Shown: piece after piece, positions 7,442 to 15,297 of the stretch
How the letters are laid out: every line of letters begins with the position of its first letter
Position numbering within the stretch: the first letter of the stretch is position 1
Origin: Candidatus Hydrogenedentota bacterium
GTDB taxonomy: Bacteria > Hydrogenedentota > Hydrogenedentia > Hydrogenedentales > SLHB01
Length of the DNA stretch: 19,036 bases
NCBI GenBank assembly: GCA_034408725.1
Contig: JAWXCN010000270.1
Span: forward strand, 1 to 19,036
Direction of reading: 5' to 3'
Notes under the pieces: generated by a model
Seen by the model: only the letters and a program-made list of their open reading frames with translations
The model's database searches: none
Told to the model about the DNA's origin: nothing
Made by a program: the position numbers and the translations under genes

Positions 7442-9647
7442 GCAATCGCTTCGCACAGTGCGCATCAGCCTCGCGCTTATGACATTTGCGAGTTATCTGG
7501 CGCTCGCGACCACTGACTCATTTGGGCCTGAGATTGCGTTGGTCCCGCTGCTTTTGATTGGTCTTATGCCGGTGTTCGAGCGTTTCGACGCGGCCCGGCC
7601 CATGTACCGGCGCGTGACCCATATACTGACGCTGGGATTCACAATCTTTATCATCCCAATGCTCGTCCAAAACCTGATTACGGGTCTAATGACCATCCTC
7701 CTTTATATTCAAACGTATCTGTTTCTACATCGCAAAGGGGTGCGCGAGTATCGATACCTGTTTTTGATGGCGTTCTTCCTGCTAGTGGCCGCCGTTGCGC
7801 AAAGCCCTGACCCCGCGTTTGGGCTAGTGATGCCATTGTTTGTGTTGAGTGCGGTGTGGGCATTCGCGTCCGTCCAGATTTATGCCGAAACCGTCGCGAA
7901 TGCGCAAGGCAACATTGCCGATCTCCTGCCGCAGACCGGCCGGCGCGGCTTCCTTCCACCTGAAATCGCGCAGTGGGTGACCGGGGCAAAACGCGACACC
8001 GTCAATGTTGCACCCATGCTGGCGGTGTTATCACTGGGCTGCGTAATGGTGACGCTTGTCTTTTTCATGTTCACGCCGCGCATGGAAGCAGGTGTGTTCG
8101 GCCGCAGCAACATACTGAATCAGCCCCTGCGTTCCGGGCTGGATGAAGGCGTGAACCTTTCCCGCGGCGGGACCATTGCCGGAGACGAAGAGACGGTATT
8201 TTTGGCGCGCTTTCCCCGGGAAGCGACCGGCAAACCCCCGACGGATGATACGGGTGGAATTTACTGGCGGGTGACGAGTTACAACAAACTGGTGGGCGAC
8301 GAATGGTCGCGCGACCCCGGCGAACTCGAATTTCACGAATGGCGCACGCGCGACAGGGGCGTGCTCGAGCGCGTGACCGCTGGTCAAGGCAACAGGCTCG
8401 TCGAGCAGGAAATATTTTTGGAGAGCACGACCGATCGAGTGGGCGTGCCGGCGATGCCCTTGTTGACGAAAATCATTCCGCCAGACGGCACGCGGTTCCT
8501 GCCGGACGACTGGGACCCGTTTACGATCCGCATTGGGCGCTCCTCCAGCCAGTCATTCTCGTATCAGGCAATTTCGGAATTGCTGGAGTTTACGGAAGGC
8601 GAATTGAGTTCCGCGCCCGCGAATTATGCGGAAGAGTTCACGAGGAACCGAAACCTCACGGTGTACACGAGCCATCGGCTAAGCGGCCGCAGCGCCGCCC
8701 TTGCCCGCAATCTGACCGCAAATCTCGACAGCCCATACGAAAAAGCGCTCGCGATTGAGGCATACCTTCAAAGCACCGAATTTCTCTATACCAATACGCT
8801 GGAAGAGCTACCCGAAGACGATCCGGTTGACGCATTCCTTTTCGTGCGCAAAGCAGGGCATTGCGAATTGTATGCAAGCAGCATGTGCATGCTTGTTCGC
8901 AGTTTGGGCATTCCGGCGCGCGTCGCTTCGGGTTACAAGACGACCGCCTTTGACTGGAGCGAAGACGATGGTGGTTACATTGTGCGTAAACGGAACGCCC
9001 ACCTGTGGGTAGAGGTCTATTTGATCGGGGTAGGATGGCGTCTGTTCGATCCCTCCGGCATTCTGGAAATGGACAATTCGCTTCTCGCGAGGCTTCAGCG
9101 ATGGTTTACCCGCAACGTATTGAACCTGAAAATCATGTATTACAGGGACATTGTAGGTTTTAACAGCGGGATTGACCTTGGAAACCTAATTTCATTTTCG
9201 ATTGGCCTTGTGCGATTCGATGTTGAAACGATGCGTAGCGCGCTTCCTTCGTTGGGGATGTTTGCGCAGGGCCTGCCGCGCGCGATGCTCATTTTGGCCC
9301 TCGCGCTGGCGGCATTTTGGGGCCTTTTCGTCATGTATCGCAGTGCTGCCTTGCGGCGCCGCCACGCGGCGATCGTGCAGTTTACGGAAGACCAGATACG
9401 GGCTACGCGGATGTACAGTCAATTAAAGCGCAGATTGCACGCGCTGGGTGTGAACGGTCATACCATTGGCGCTCGTGAGTTATTCAGCGAAGTGGAATCA
9501 AACCTGCCCGAACAGCGCGAAACGGTGTTATCGCTCGTGCAAACCTACAACGACGCGAGATTTGGCGGAAGGCCTTTGAACAAAGAGCATTACATTCGGC
9601 TTGTCCGGGACGTGCGCGGAATCCGAAAGCCGCGGCCCGCGAAATAA
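7434..9647 (+). CDS. DUF3488 + transglutaminase-like membrane protein (TgpA-like) with DUF4129-like C-terminus, 737 aa
   Basis: Multi-TM N-terminus, FTPR, YWR, and a Cys-His-Asp triad in GHCELYAS / AHLWVEVY / WRLFDPS. Also LGIPARVASGY and a C-terminal YNDARFGG. Overlaps the DUF58 gene by 8 nt. Confidence 0.92.
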   Translation: MPEQSLRTVRISLALMTFASYLALATTDSFGPEIALVPLLLIGLMPVFERFDAARPMYRRVTHILTLGFTIFIIPMLVQNLITGLMTILLYIQTYLFLHRKGVREYRYLFLMAFFLLVAAVAQSPDPAFGLVMPLFVLSAVWAFASVQIYAETVANAQGNIADLLPQTGRRGFLPPEIAQWVTGAKRDTVNVAPMLAVLSLGCVMVTLVFFMFTPRMEAGVFGRSNILNQPLRSGLDEGVNLSRGGTIAGDEETVFLARFPREATGKPPTDDTGGIYWRVTSYNKLVGDEWSRDPGELEFHEWRTRDRGVLERVTAGQGNRLVEQEIFLESTTDRVGVPAMPLLTKIIPPDGTRFLPDDWDPFTIRIGRSSSQSFSYQAISELLEFTEGELSSAPANYAEEFTRNRNLTVYTSHRLSGRSAALARNLTANLDSPYEKALAIEAYLQSTEFLYTNTLEELPEDDPVDAFLFVRKAGHCELYASSMCMLVRSLGIPARVASGYKTTAFDWSEDDGGYIVRKRNAHLWVEVYLIGVGWRLFDPSGILEMDNSLLARLQRWFTRNVLNLKIMYYRDIVGFNSGIDLGNLISFSIGLVRFDVETMRSALPSLGMFAQGLPRAMLILALALAAFWGLFVMYRSAALRRRHAAIVQFTEDQIRATRMYSQLKRRLHALGVNGHTIGARELFSEVESNLPEQRETVLSLVQTYNDARFGGRPLNKEHYIRLVRDVRGIRKPRPAK

Positions 9648-9651
9648 TGCG

Positions 9652-10896
9652 CTACTGCCCGAGGAGGAAGGCAACCGCGTTCACTTGCCACAATGCCACT
9701 GCCAGGTCCATTTTGCCGTCCACGTTGAAGTCCGCCGCGCTTAATGCCCGTGGCCGCGCGTCTTTATACGAATAAATCTCCCGGTGAAACGCGATGCCCC
9801 CTCCCGGGTTTCCCGACACATTCACGAACACGCACACGCGGGCGGAAGCATAACACGCGGCGGCGAGGTCGATTCGGCCGTCGCCGTTCAAATCCTCGGC
9901 TACGAAGTCGCGAATTTCATCGTCGACCGCCTGGCGGTTGTCCCGCTGAGACATTGAAATCTCCTGGGATACGCTGTAGGCAAAATCGCTTGCCTGGTCC
10001 GCGAAGAACAGCATGATCGCATCCGTCGTAAAGCAATGCGAGACGGCGATATCGAGTTTCCCATCGCCGTTGAAGTCCGCCAACCGGACCTTGTGCGGGA
10101 GCGGCGCGCGGCTGGAAAACCGGTTGGCCTCCGTAAACGCGCCATTTCCCGCGCCCTTCCAAACGACCACTTCACCCGAATTGTACATGGTTGTCACAAG
10201 GTCGACATCGCCATCGCCATCTAAGTCTGCGGCTTGAACGTCCCTCGGTCCGCCGGGCGCGGGGATAAGTGTGGGCTCTCCGAAATAGGCGTCACGGTCT
10301 CCTGGAAAAAAAATCAGGACATCGGCGGACCAGCCCGTGGCTACCACATCGCGGAATTCGTCATGATTCATCTCGCGCACTGCCAACGATGTTATACCGG
10401 GAAGGGTATAAATAGGCTCCTGGTCGCTGTCTCGCATGCGCGCATAGCGCAGATTCAGGTCCGGCGCCGAAAATGTGATCGGCTCGAATCCGCTTTCGCC
10501 GAGGTTACGGAAGAGCGTGATATGGCGCCGGCGCGCATCGTGAAAACTGGCTACCACGAGGTCCGGCGCTTTGAGCGCATCGATGTTCGCGGCGACGACG
10601 CAATACGGCGCGAATCCGGCGCGCAGTGGCGGTCGGGCAACAAATTGCATGGGCCCCTGGGACTCGAGTAGTGACAGCTCGTCGTTTGCTGGACGTTCTT
10701 CGCGCGGGTTGGTCATCGCGCCGCGGTCAGCGGTGACAATGTCGGGAATGCCATCGGCGTTCAGGTCTTCAGCGATAATGCAGACGGGGTTGGAGCCTAC
10801 CTGCAGCCGGCCAGAATGCTTGGTAAAAATGTCCGCGCTGGCATCGGCGCCGAACAAGAGCACGAAGGCGAACAAGACTGCACGGGCGCCATTCAT
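9652..10896 (-). CDS. Secreted FG-GAP/VCBS repeat protein (predicted 7-blade beta-propeller), 414 aa
   Basis: Signal peptide ending ADASA. Seven repeats: EDLNADGIPDIV, ANIDALKAPDLV, REMNHDEFRDVV, ADLDGDGDVDLV, ADFNGDGKLDIA, EDLNGDGRIDLA, ADFNVDGKMDLA. Confidence 0.9.
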   Translation of the reverse strand: MNGARAVLFAFVLLFGADASADIFTKHSGRLQVGSNPVCIIAEDLNADGIPDIVTADRGAMTNPREERPANDELSLLESQGPMQFVARPPLRAGFAPYCVVAANIDALKAPDLVVASFHDARRRHITLFRNLGESGFEPITFSAPDLNLRYARMRDSDQEPIYTLPGITSLAVREMNHDEFRDVVATGWSADVLIFFPGDRDAYFGEPTLIPAPGGPRDVQAADLDGDGDVDLVTTMYNSGEVVVWKGAGNGAFTEANRFSSRAPLPHKVRLADFNGDGKLDIAVSHCFTTDAIMLFFADQASDFAYSVSQEISMSQRDNRQAVDDEIRDFVAEDLNGDGRIDLAAACYASARVCVFVNVSGNPGGGIAFHREIYSYKDARPRALSAADFNVDGKMDLAVALWQVNAVAFLLGQ

Positions 10897-11879
10897 CGAA
10901 CTACTCCGTGGCCGCGGTTCGCAACGAATTGTACTGCCAATTGTATTGCGGCCACTAAACTATTTTCCCGGGCCGTGCCTTTCCACGCTATGTCATACGC
11001 GGTGCCATGATCGACCGAAGTCCGCACGATGGGTATGCCGAGCGTGACCTGGACGCCTTCGTCCATGGCGATGAGCTTGAGCGGGATATGACCTTGATCG
11101 TGGTACATGGCGACGACCAGATCGAATTCCCCAAGGTCCATGCGGCGAAACACAGTATCCGGCGGGTACGGTCCCGCGCAGTCGATGGCTTCGCTACGGC
11201 ACAGATCCACCGCCGGTCCAATCTCGCGCGCCTCCTCGGCGCCCAGGAGGCCGCCTTCACCGGCATGCGGGTTCAATCCCGCGACCGCGATTCGCCGGCG
11301 GGACAACGGCAGCCGTTCGAGGGCGAAGTGCGCGATTCGAATGGTTTCCGCGATTCGATCTTTTTTGACCTGCGCAATGGCGTCTGCCAGCGGAAGATGA
11401 CCGGTGACATGGACTATTCGCATGCGATCGGAAAACAACGACATCCGGTAGCCGGCAGCCCCCGTCATTTCCACGAGCATTTCCGTGTGGCCAAGCGCGC
11501 TGCTACCCGCGAGGTGGATACATTCCTTGTTGATCGGGCATGTGACAACAGCATCGACAACTCCGCGCATCGCGTCGGAGATGGCCGCGCGAATCCACGA
11601 TAGCGCAGCGCGGCCGGCATCGGGTTGGATTGTGCCCGGATCAAGAAGGGGCGCCGCACACTCACCCGTTGCGATGGCGGCATCGCGTTCCGGTGCAGGC
11701 AAACCCAAGGCTTGGCGCGCGGCGCGCAAAGTTTCCACAGCGCCGTACACGATGGGTTCACATCGCGCGAACACTTCATCGCGCGATAGCGCCTTCGCGA
11801 GAATTTCAGGACCGATGCCATTGACATCACCCATGGTGATAGCGATGCGCGGTTTTTGAATGGACGAAGTGGACAACAT
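10893..11879 (-). CDS. pdxA: 4-hydroxythreonine-4-phosphate dehydrogenase PdxA family, 328 aa
   Basis: ITMGDVNGIGPE, TCPINKE, GHTE, GLNPHAGE, AMYHDQGHIPLK, RTSVDHGTAYDIA. Confidence 0.95.
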   Translation of the reverse strand: MLSTSSIQKPRIAITMGDVNGIGPEILAKALSRDEVFARCEPIVYGAVETLRAARQALGLPAPERDAAIATGECAAPLLDPGTIQPDAGRAALSWIRAAISDAMRGVVDAVVTCPINKECIHLAGSSALGHTEMLVEMTGAAGYRMSLFSDRMRIVHVTGHLPLADAIAQVKKDRIAETIRIAHFALERLPLSRRRIAVAGLNPHAGEGGLLGAEEAREIGPAVDLCRSEAIDCAGPYPPDTVFRRMDLGEFDLVVAMYHDQGHIPLKLIAMDEGVQVTLGIPIVRTSVDHGTAYDIAWKGTARENSLVAAIQLAVQFVANRGHGVVR

Positions 11880-12030
11880 TTTTTATGCTCGAGAAAACGT
11901 ACCGGGACGCATAGCATACCTGCGTTTGTCCACTATCTCCACCATGCCACGCATGCGATGTGGTTTGCGCTTTGCACTTGCGCATGCATAAACAAATGAC
12001 GCGTGACGCTCACATTTTTTGTTTTATCTC

Positions 12031-12059
12031 TTGCGTCGAATGCAGACGAATGTTATACT
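12031..12059 (+). promoter_or_regulatory. Putative sigma70 promoter (distal) with extended -10
   Basis: TTGCGT (12031-12036), 17-nt spacer, TATACT (12054-12059) with TG at 12051-12052. A T-rich UP-element-like tract lies upstream. Confidence 0.6.
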
Positions 12060-12373
12060 CAAATTCTTGGGGCTGCTGCCGCTGATAACGATGCGCGCAC
12101 GCGCGATCCCGCGGTTGGGCCAGGGTGAGTTGCTTCCTTTCCGAAAAAGAATTACTTCCACAGAGGCGGCAGGATCGTGTCTATTTGTCGAGGGGGATTG
12201 ATCGGTGAGTGATGGGTTGCGGCGCTTGATCGAGTCTGGGGAGAAACGTTGCCAAATGCCGGCGGAACATGCGTCCCATGGCGGCTTTTCCGGCAACGTG
12301 CGCGGCATTACACGTTTTGCGCAATATGCAAGAACACGTAACCGCGCCCGCGTCAATCACGTAGAACATCCTC

Positions 12374-12403
12374 TTGACAGTCTGGCGGATCGTAGTGCAA
12401 ACT
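12374..12403 (+). promoter_or_regulatory. Putative sigma70 promoter (proximal) of dnaA
   Basis: Perfect -35 TTGACA (12374-12379), 18-nt spacer, weak -10 CAAACT (12398-12403). Confidence 0.45.
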
Positions 12404-12451
12404 CCGCCACCCACATCATGGTTGCAGGCCGCGTTTATGCGGTGGATTGTT

Positions 12452-12460
12452 TGTGGATAA
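12452..12460 (-). promoter_or_regulatory. DnaA box (perfect consensus TTATCCACA)
   Basis: TGTGGATAA on the + strand, about 205 nt upstream of dnaA. Confidence 0.85.
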
Positions 12461-12664
12461 CCCGTGCAAATCTCGATCGCAGTGCTGACCGTTGCGCGCG
12501 AGATGGTGGGTTGCACGGTCAGTCACTTGGAAGTGGCAACGTCATTTCAAGGTGATGCTTGTTCGTAAGGGGAACATAAGGTGGGGACCAGGAGACTTGC
12601 GGGGTGTCTCGATGGGGGCGCTTCGCGGGTATCGATCCTCTGTTAGCGGAAGGGGGTTCGACAT

Positions 12665-14053
12665 TTGCCAGCACACAATGGCAGTAGGGATGTATCCAGC
12701 GAATTGAATCCCTGGGAACAGACCCAGGAACGGCTCAAGAAAATTCTCGATGAACTGAGTTACGACAACTGGTTTTCTCAGACCCGATTCGAGTCCTATG
12801 AAAATGGATTGCTCGTAGTCGGGGTCCCGAACAAGTTTTTTGCGGACTGGTTGCGGGAACATTACCTGGACGCCGTGTCCGCATGCGCCGGCGCGGTAAT
12901 CCCCGATCTCCGCGGGATTGAGTTTCGCGTGGCGGTCTCCGAATCTGGCCCGCACGTTGTTCACGCGAAGCCGGAGCAACTCCAGTTACCCCGTATTCGC
13001 GACGAGCGCGCCACCTCCGCGCCCAAGTTGCAGCATTTCAACCAGCGGTATACCTTTGACCGGTTTGTGGTTGGAAGCGGTAACCGGTTTGCGCACGCGG
13101 CAACGCGCGCGGTCGCCGAATCTCCGGGGCGGGCGTACAATCCCCTGTTTTTGCACGGAGCCACGGGGCTGGGCAAGACACACCTGATGCAGGCAATTGG
13201 CCAGGAAATTCTTCAGCGCCGGCCTGACGCGAGCATCTGCTATATCTCCTCCGAGCACTTCACGAACCAGCTCATCGAGAGCATCGCGAAGAAGTCTACG
13301 GTCCGATTCCGCACCAAGTACCGGAAAGCAGATGTATTGCTCATTGACGACATTCATTTTATTTCCCGCAAGGAAGCGACGCAGGAAGAGTTTTTCCATA
13401 CGTTCAACACGCTTTTTGACATGCACAAACAGATTGTCATTTCGAGTGACCGTCCACCCAAAGAGATTCCTGGTCTCGAACACCGCCTTATTTCGCGATT
13501 CGAGTGGGGGCTCGTCACGGATATTCAACCGCCTGACATTGAAACCCGGATAGCAATCCTTCAAAACAAGGCGGCCCGCGAGAACCTTATCGTCCCGCCG
13601 GACGTGCTGAACAGCATTGCGAAGTACATCACGTCCAATATCCGCGAATTGGAAGGCGCGTTGGTTACCCTAATTGCGTATTCAAAGTTGACGGAGAAGA
13701 CGATCACCCAACAGCTTGCGGAGGAAGTGCTTCGCGATCTCATCGGAAAGGATCGGCTTCAGCCGATCAATATTGAGATTGTGTTGCGGGCTGTTGCCGA
13801 GCATTTTGACGTTCGTATATCGGACCTGCGCGGCAAGAACCGCCAGCGTCAGGTGTCGTATCCGCGGCAACTCGCAATGTATCTTTGCAAAGACATGATT
13901 TCCAAGCTCTCCTACTCGGAAATTGGCGAGGCTTTCGGCGGGAAGGACCATACAACAGTTCTTTATGCCGCGCAGAAAATTTCAAAGGAGATCAAGTCGA
14001 GCGCGGCAACAGCGCAGCTTATCGCATTGCTCCAGCGAAAGATTCGCGGATAG
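12665..14053 (+). CDS. dnaA: Chromosomal replication initiator protein DnaA, 462 aa
   Basis: Domain I (YDNWF…VPNKFFADW), YTFDRFVVG, YNPLFLHGATGLGKTHL, LLIDDIHF, QEEFFHTFN, SRFEWG, NIRELEGAL, and domain IV (RQLAMYL…GGKDHTTVLYA). TTG start preceded by GGAAGGGGG; the exact start is less certain than the identity. Confidence 0.97.
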   Translation: MPAHNGSRDVSSELNPWEQTQERLKKILDELSYDNWFSQTRFESYENGLLVVGVPNKFFADWLREHYLDAVSACAGAVIPDLRGIEFRVAVSESGPHVVHAKPEQLQLPRIRDERATSAPKLQHFNQRYTFDRFVVGSGNRFAHAATRAVAESPGRAYNPLFLHGATGLGKTHLMQAIGQEILQRRPDASICYISSEHFTNQLIESIAKKSTVRFRTKYRKADVLLIDDIHFISRKEATQEEFFHTFNTLFDMHKQIVISSDRPPKEIPGLEHRLISRFEWGLVTDIQPPDIETRIAILQNKAARENLIVPPDVLNSIAKYITSNIRELEGALVTLIAYSKLTEKTITQQLAEEVLRDLIGKDRLQPINIEIVLRAVAEHFDVRISDLRGKNRQRQVSYPRQLAMYLCKDMISKLSYSEIGEAFGGKDHTTVLYAAQKISKEIKSSAATAQLIALLQRKIRG

Positions 14054-14056
14054 TGT

Positions 14057-14189
14057 CTAGTGTCCCGAGTTTGAGATTCGTTCGATATGAAGTTTGGAAA
14101 TCGGACCTTACATCCCCATTCAAAGGGGGACTTTGAAGATCGGATTATGCGTATGACTTTTGTCAAGGATTTGGGATTCATGACACTAA
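14057..14189. mobile_element. Putative MITE-like element (125 bp, 14061-14185) with imperfect terminal inverted repeats and YTAR flanks
   Basis: CTAG|TGTCCCGAGTTTGAGATTC … GGATTTGGGATTCATGACA|CTAA. The termini TAGTGTC/GACACTA are perfectly inverted. Internal hairpin TCCCC-ATTCAAAG-GGGGA. Confidence 0.5.
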
Positions 14190-15082
14190 CGCAGGCCCAG
14201 GACGGGGTTGCGCAACACGCCGATTTCAGGCACGCGCACTTCGACGACATCGCCGGGCATAATCGCCGAAATGCCCTCGGGCGTCCCCGTCGAGATCACG
14301 TCGCCAGGCTCAAGCGTGATGAACTGCGTCACGTATGAAATGATTTCCGGTAACCCGAAAATGAACCGGCCCGTGTTGCTTGCCTGCCGGACTTCCCCGT
14401 TGACCGTGCAGGAAATGTCAACGGTAATCGGCCACGCAAGCGCCTCACGCAACACGAGATAGGGTCCAAACGGGCAAAACGTATCCAGGCTCTTGGAACG
14501 AAACCAGGGATGACCAGCGTCGATATCGCGCTTCTGCATTTCGCGGGCGGTAACATCGTTGAGCAACGTATACGCAGCAACACATTCACGCGCATTTTCC
14601 GGTGAAACTTGTTTTGCCACCCTTCCGATAACTACCGCCAGCTCGCCCTCGTGGTCTACCCGGCCGTATTCGGGTCTCGTGACAATTGCCTGATCAGGCC
14701 CGATACACGCCGTCGGCGATTTCGAGAAGAAGATAGGTTCCGTAGGCGCGTCGTGGCCCGTCTCGGCTGCATGGGCCGCATAATTGCGGCCTATCGCGAT
14801 AATCTTTCCCGGCCGATACGGCAACTCGAAGGAAAGAGGTTCGCGCAGGGCATATTTCTCGATGAGGGCGTGCTTGTTAAGCGCGGCCATGATTTCATGC
14901 ATCCGGTCTGCTTCCAGCATTCCCGCGCGCAACAACTCCAGCAGATCGCGGATAGGCATTCCCAACCGCTGGTGTTCCAGCAATTCGTAGACGCGAAAAG
15001 CCCGGGTGAAATCCACCCAACGTCCGTCAATCGAAACAGCCACGATGGACTCATCGTCGCGCCTTACTACGCCAATTTTCAC
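14186..15082 (-). CDS. Fumarylacetoacetate hydrolase (FAH) family protein, ~298 aa
   Basis: PGKIIAIGRNYAAHA, VDHEGELAVVIG, LNDVTARE, KSLDTFCPFGP, TLEPGDVISTGTPEG. Start re-called to GTG 15082 after GGGAGAGG (the ORF track starts at 15118). Confidence 0.93.
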   Translation of the reverse strand: MKIGVVRRDDESIVAVSIDGRWVDFTRAFRVYELLEHQRLGMPIRDLLELLRAGMLEADRMHEIMAALNKHALIEKYALREPLSFELPYRPGKIIAIGRNYAAHAAETGHDAPTEPIFFSKSPTACIGPDQAIVTRPEYGRVDHEGELAVVIGRVAKQVSPENARECVAAYTLLNDVTAREMQKRDIDAGHPWFRSKSLDTFCPFGPYLVLREALAWPITVDISCTVNGEVRQASNTGRFIFGLPEIISYVTQFITLEPGDVISTGTPEGISAIMPGDVVEVRVPEIGVLRNPVLGLR

Positions 15083-15297
15083 GTTGACCTCTCCCACGGC
15101 AAGCCACAGCGTACACATGATTCTTCACGTAAAACAAAAAATACGGCGAAGTGCTGGAAAACGTTAGTGCGCGCGCGCATAATAGGCGAACGTTTCCGCT
15201 GGCGCCGTGCAAGCGGATTGATTGGCTTGCGCAGGGAAGAGAGGGCTGTCCTCTTCAGTTTACCCAGCGCGTGACCAAACAGGGTGGAGTTTGGCAG

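Larger units (their letters stand above)
11880..12664. other. dnaA upstream region: regulatory region and candidate oriC
   Basis: 785-bp gap directly upstream of dnaA with one perfect DnaA box, several degenerate boxes and a T-rich stretch at ~12014-12030. Confidence 0.5.

Noticed and set aside
12190..12215. GATTGATCGGTGAGTGATGG as DnaA-trios
   Set aside because: The trinucleotide phasing is not maintained and it is not adjacent to a strong DnaA box.
12205..12555. 116-aa ORF upstream of dnaA with an AGGGGG RBS-like motif
   Set aside because: It has no recognisable motif and runs through the promoter and DnaA boxes. The overlapping antisense ORFs (12024-12356, 12181-12516) are equally featureless. 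Not strictly excluded without Ribo-seq.
12105..12637. Seven GATC sites upstream of dnaA as a Dam/SeqA signal
   Set aside because: The enrichment is modest, GATC is common throughout the window, and nothing indicates a Dam/SeqA lineage.
15151..15297. 49-aa N-terminal extension of the SBP ORF
   Set aside because: It would fill the divergent promoter region and bury the membrane anchor; TTG 15298 has an RBS.
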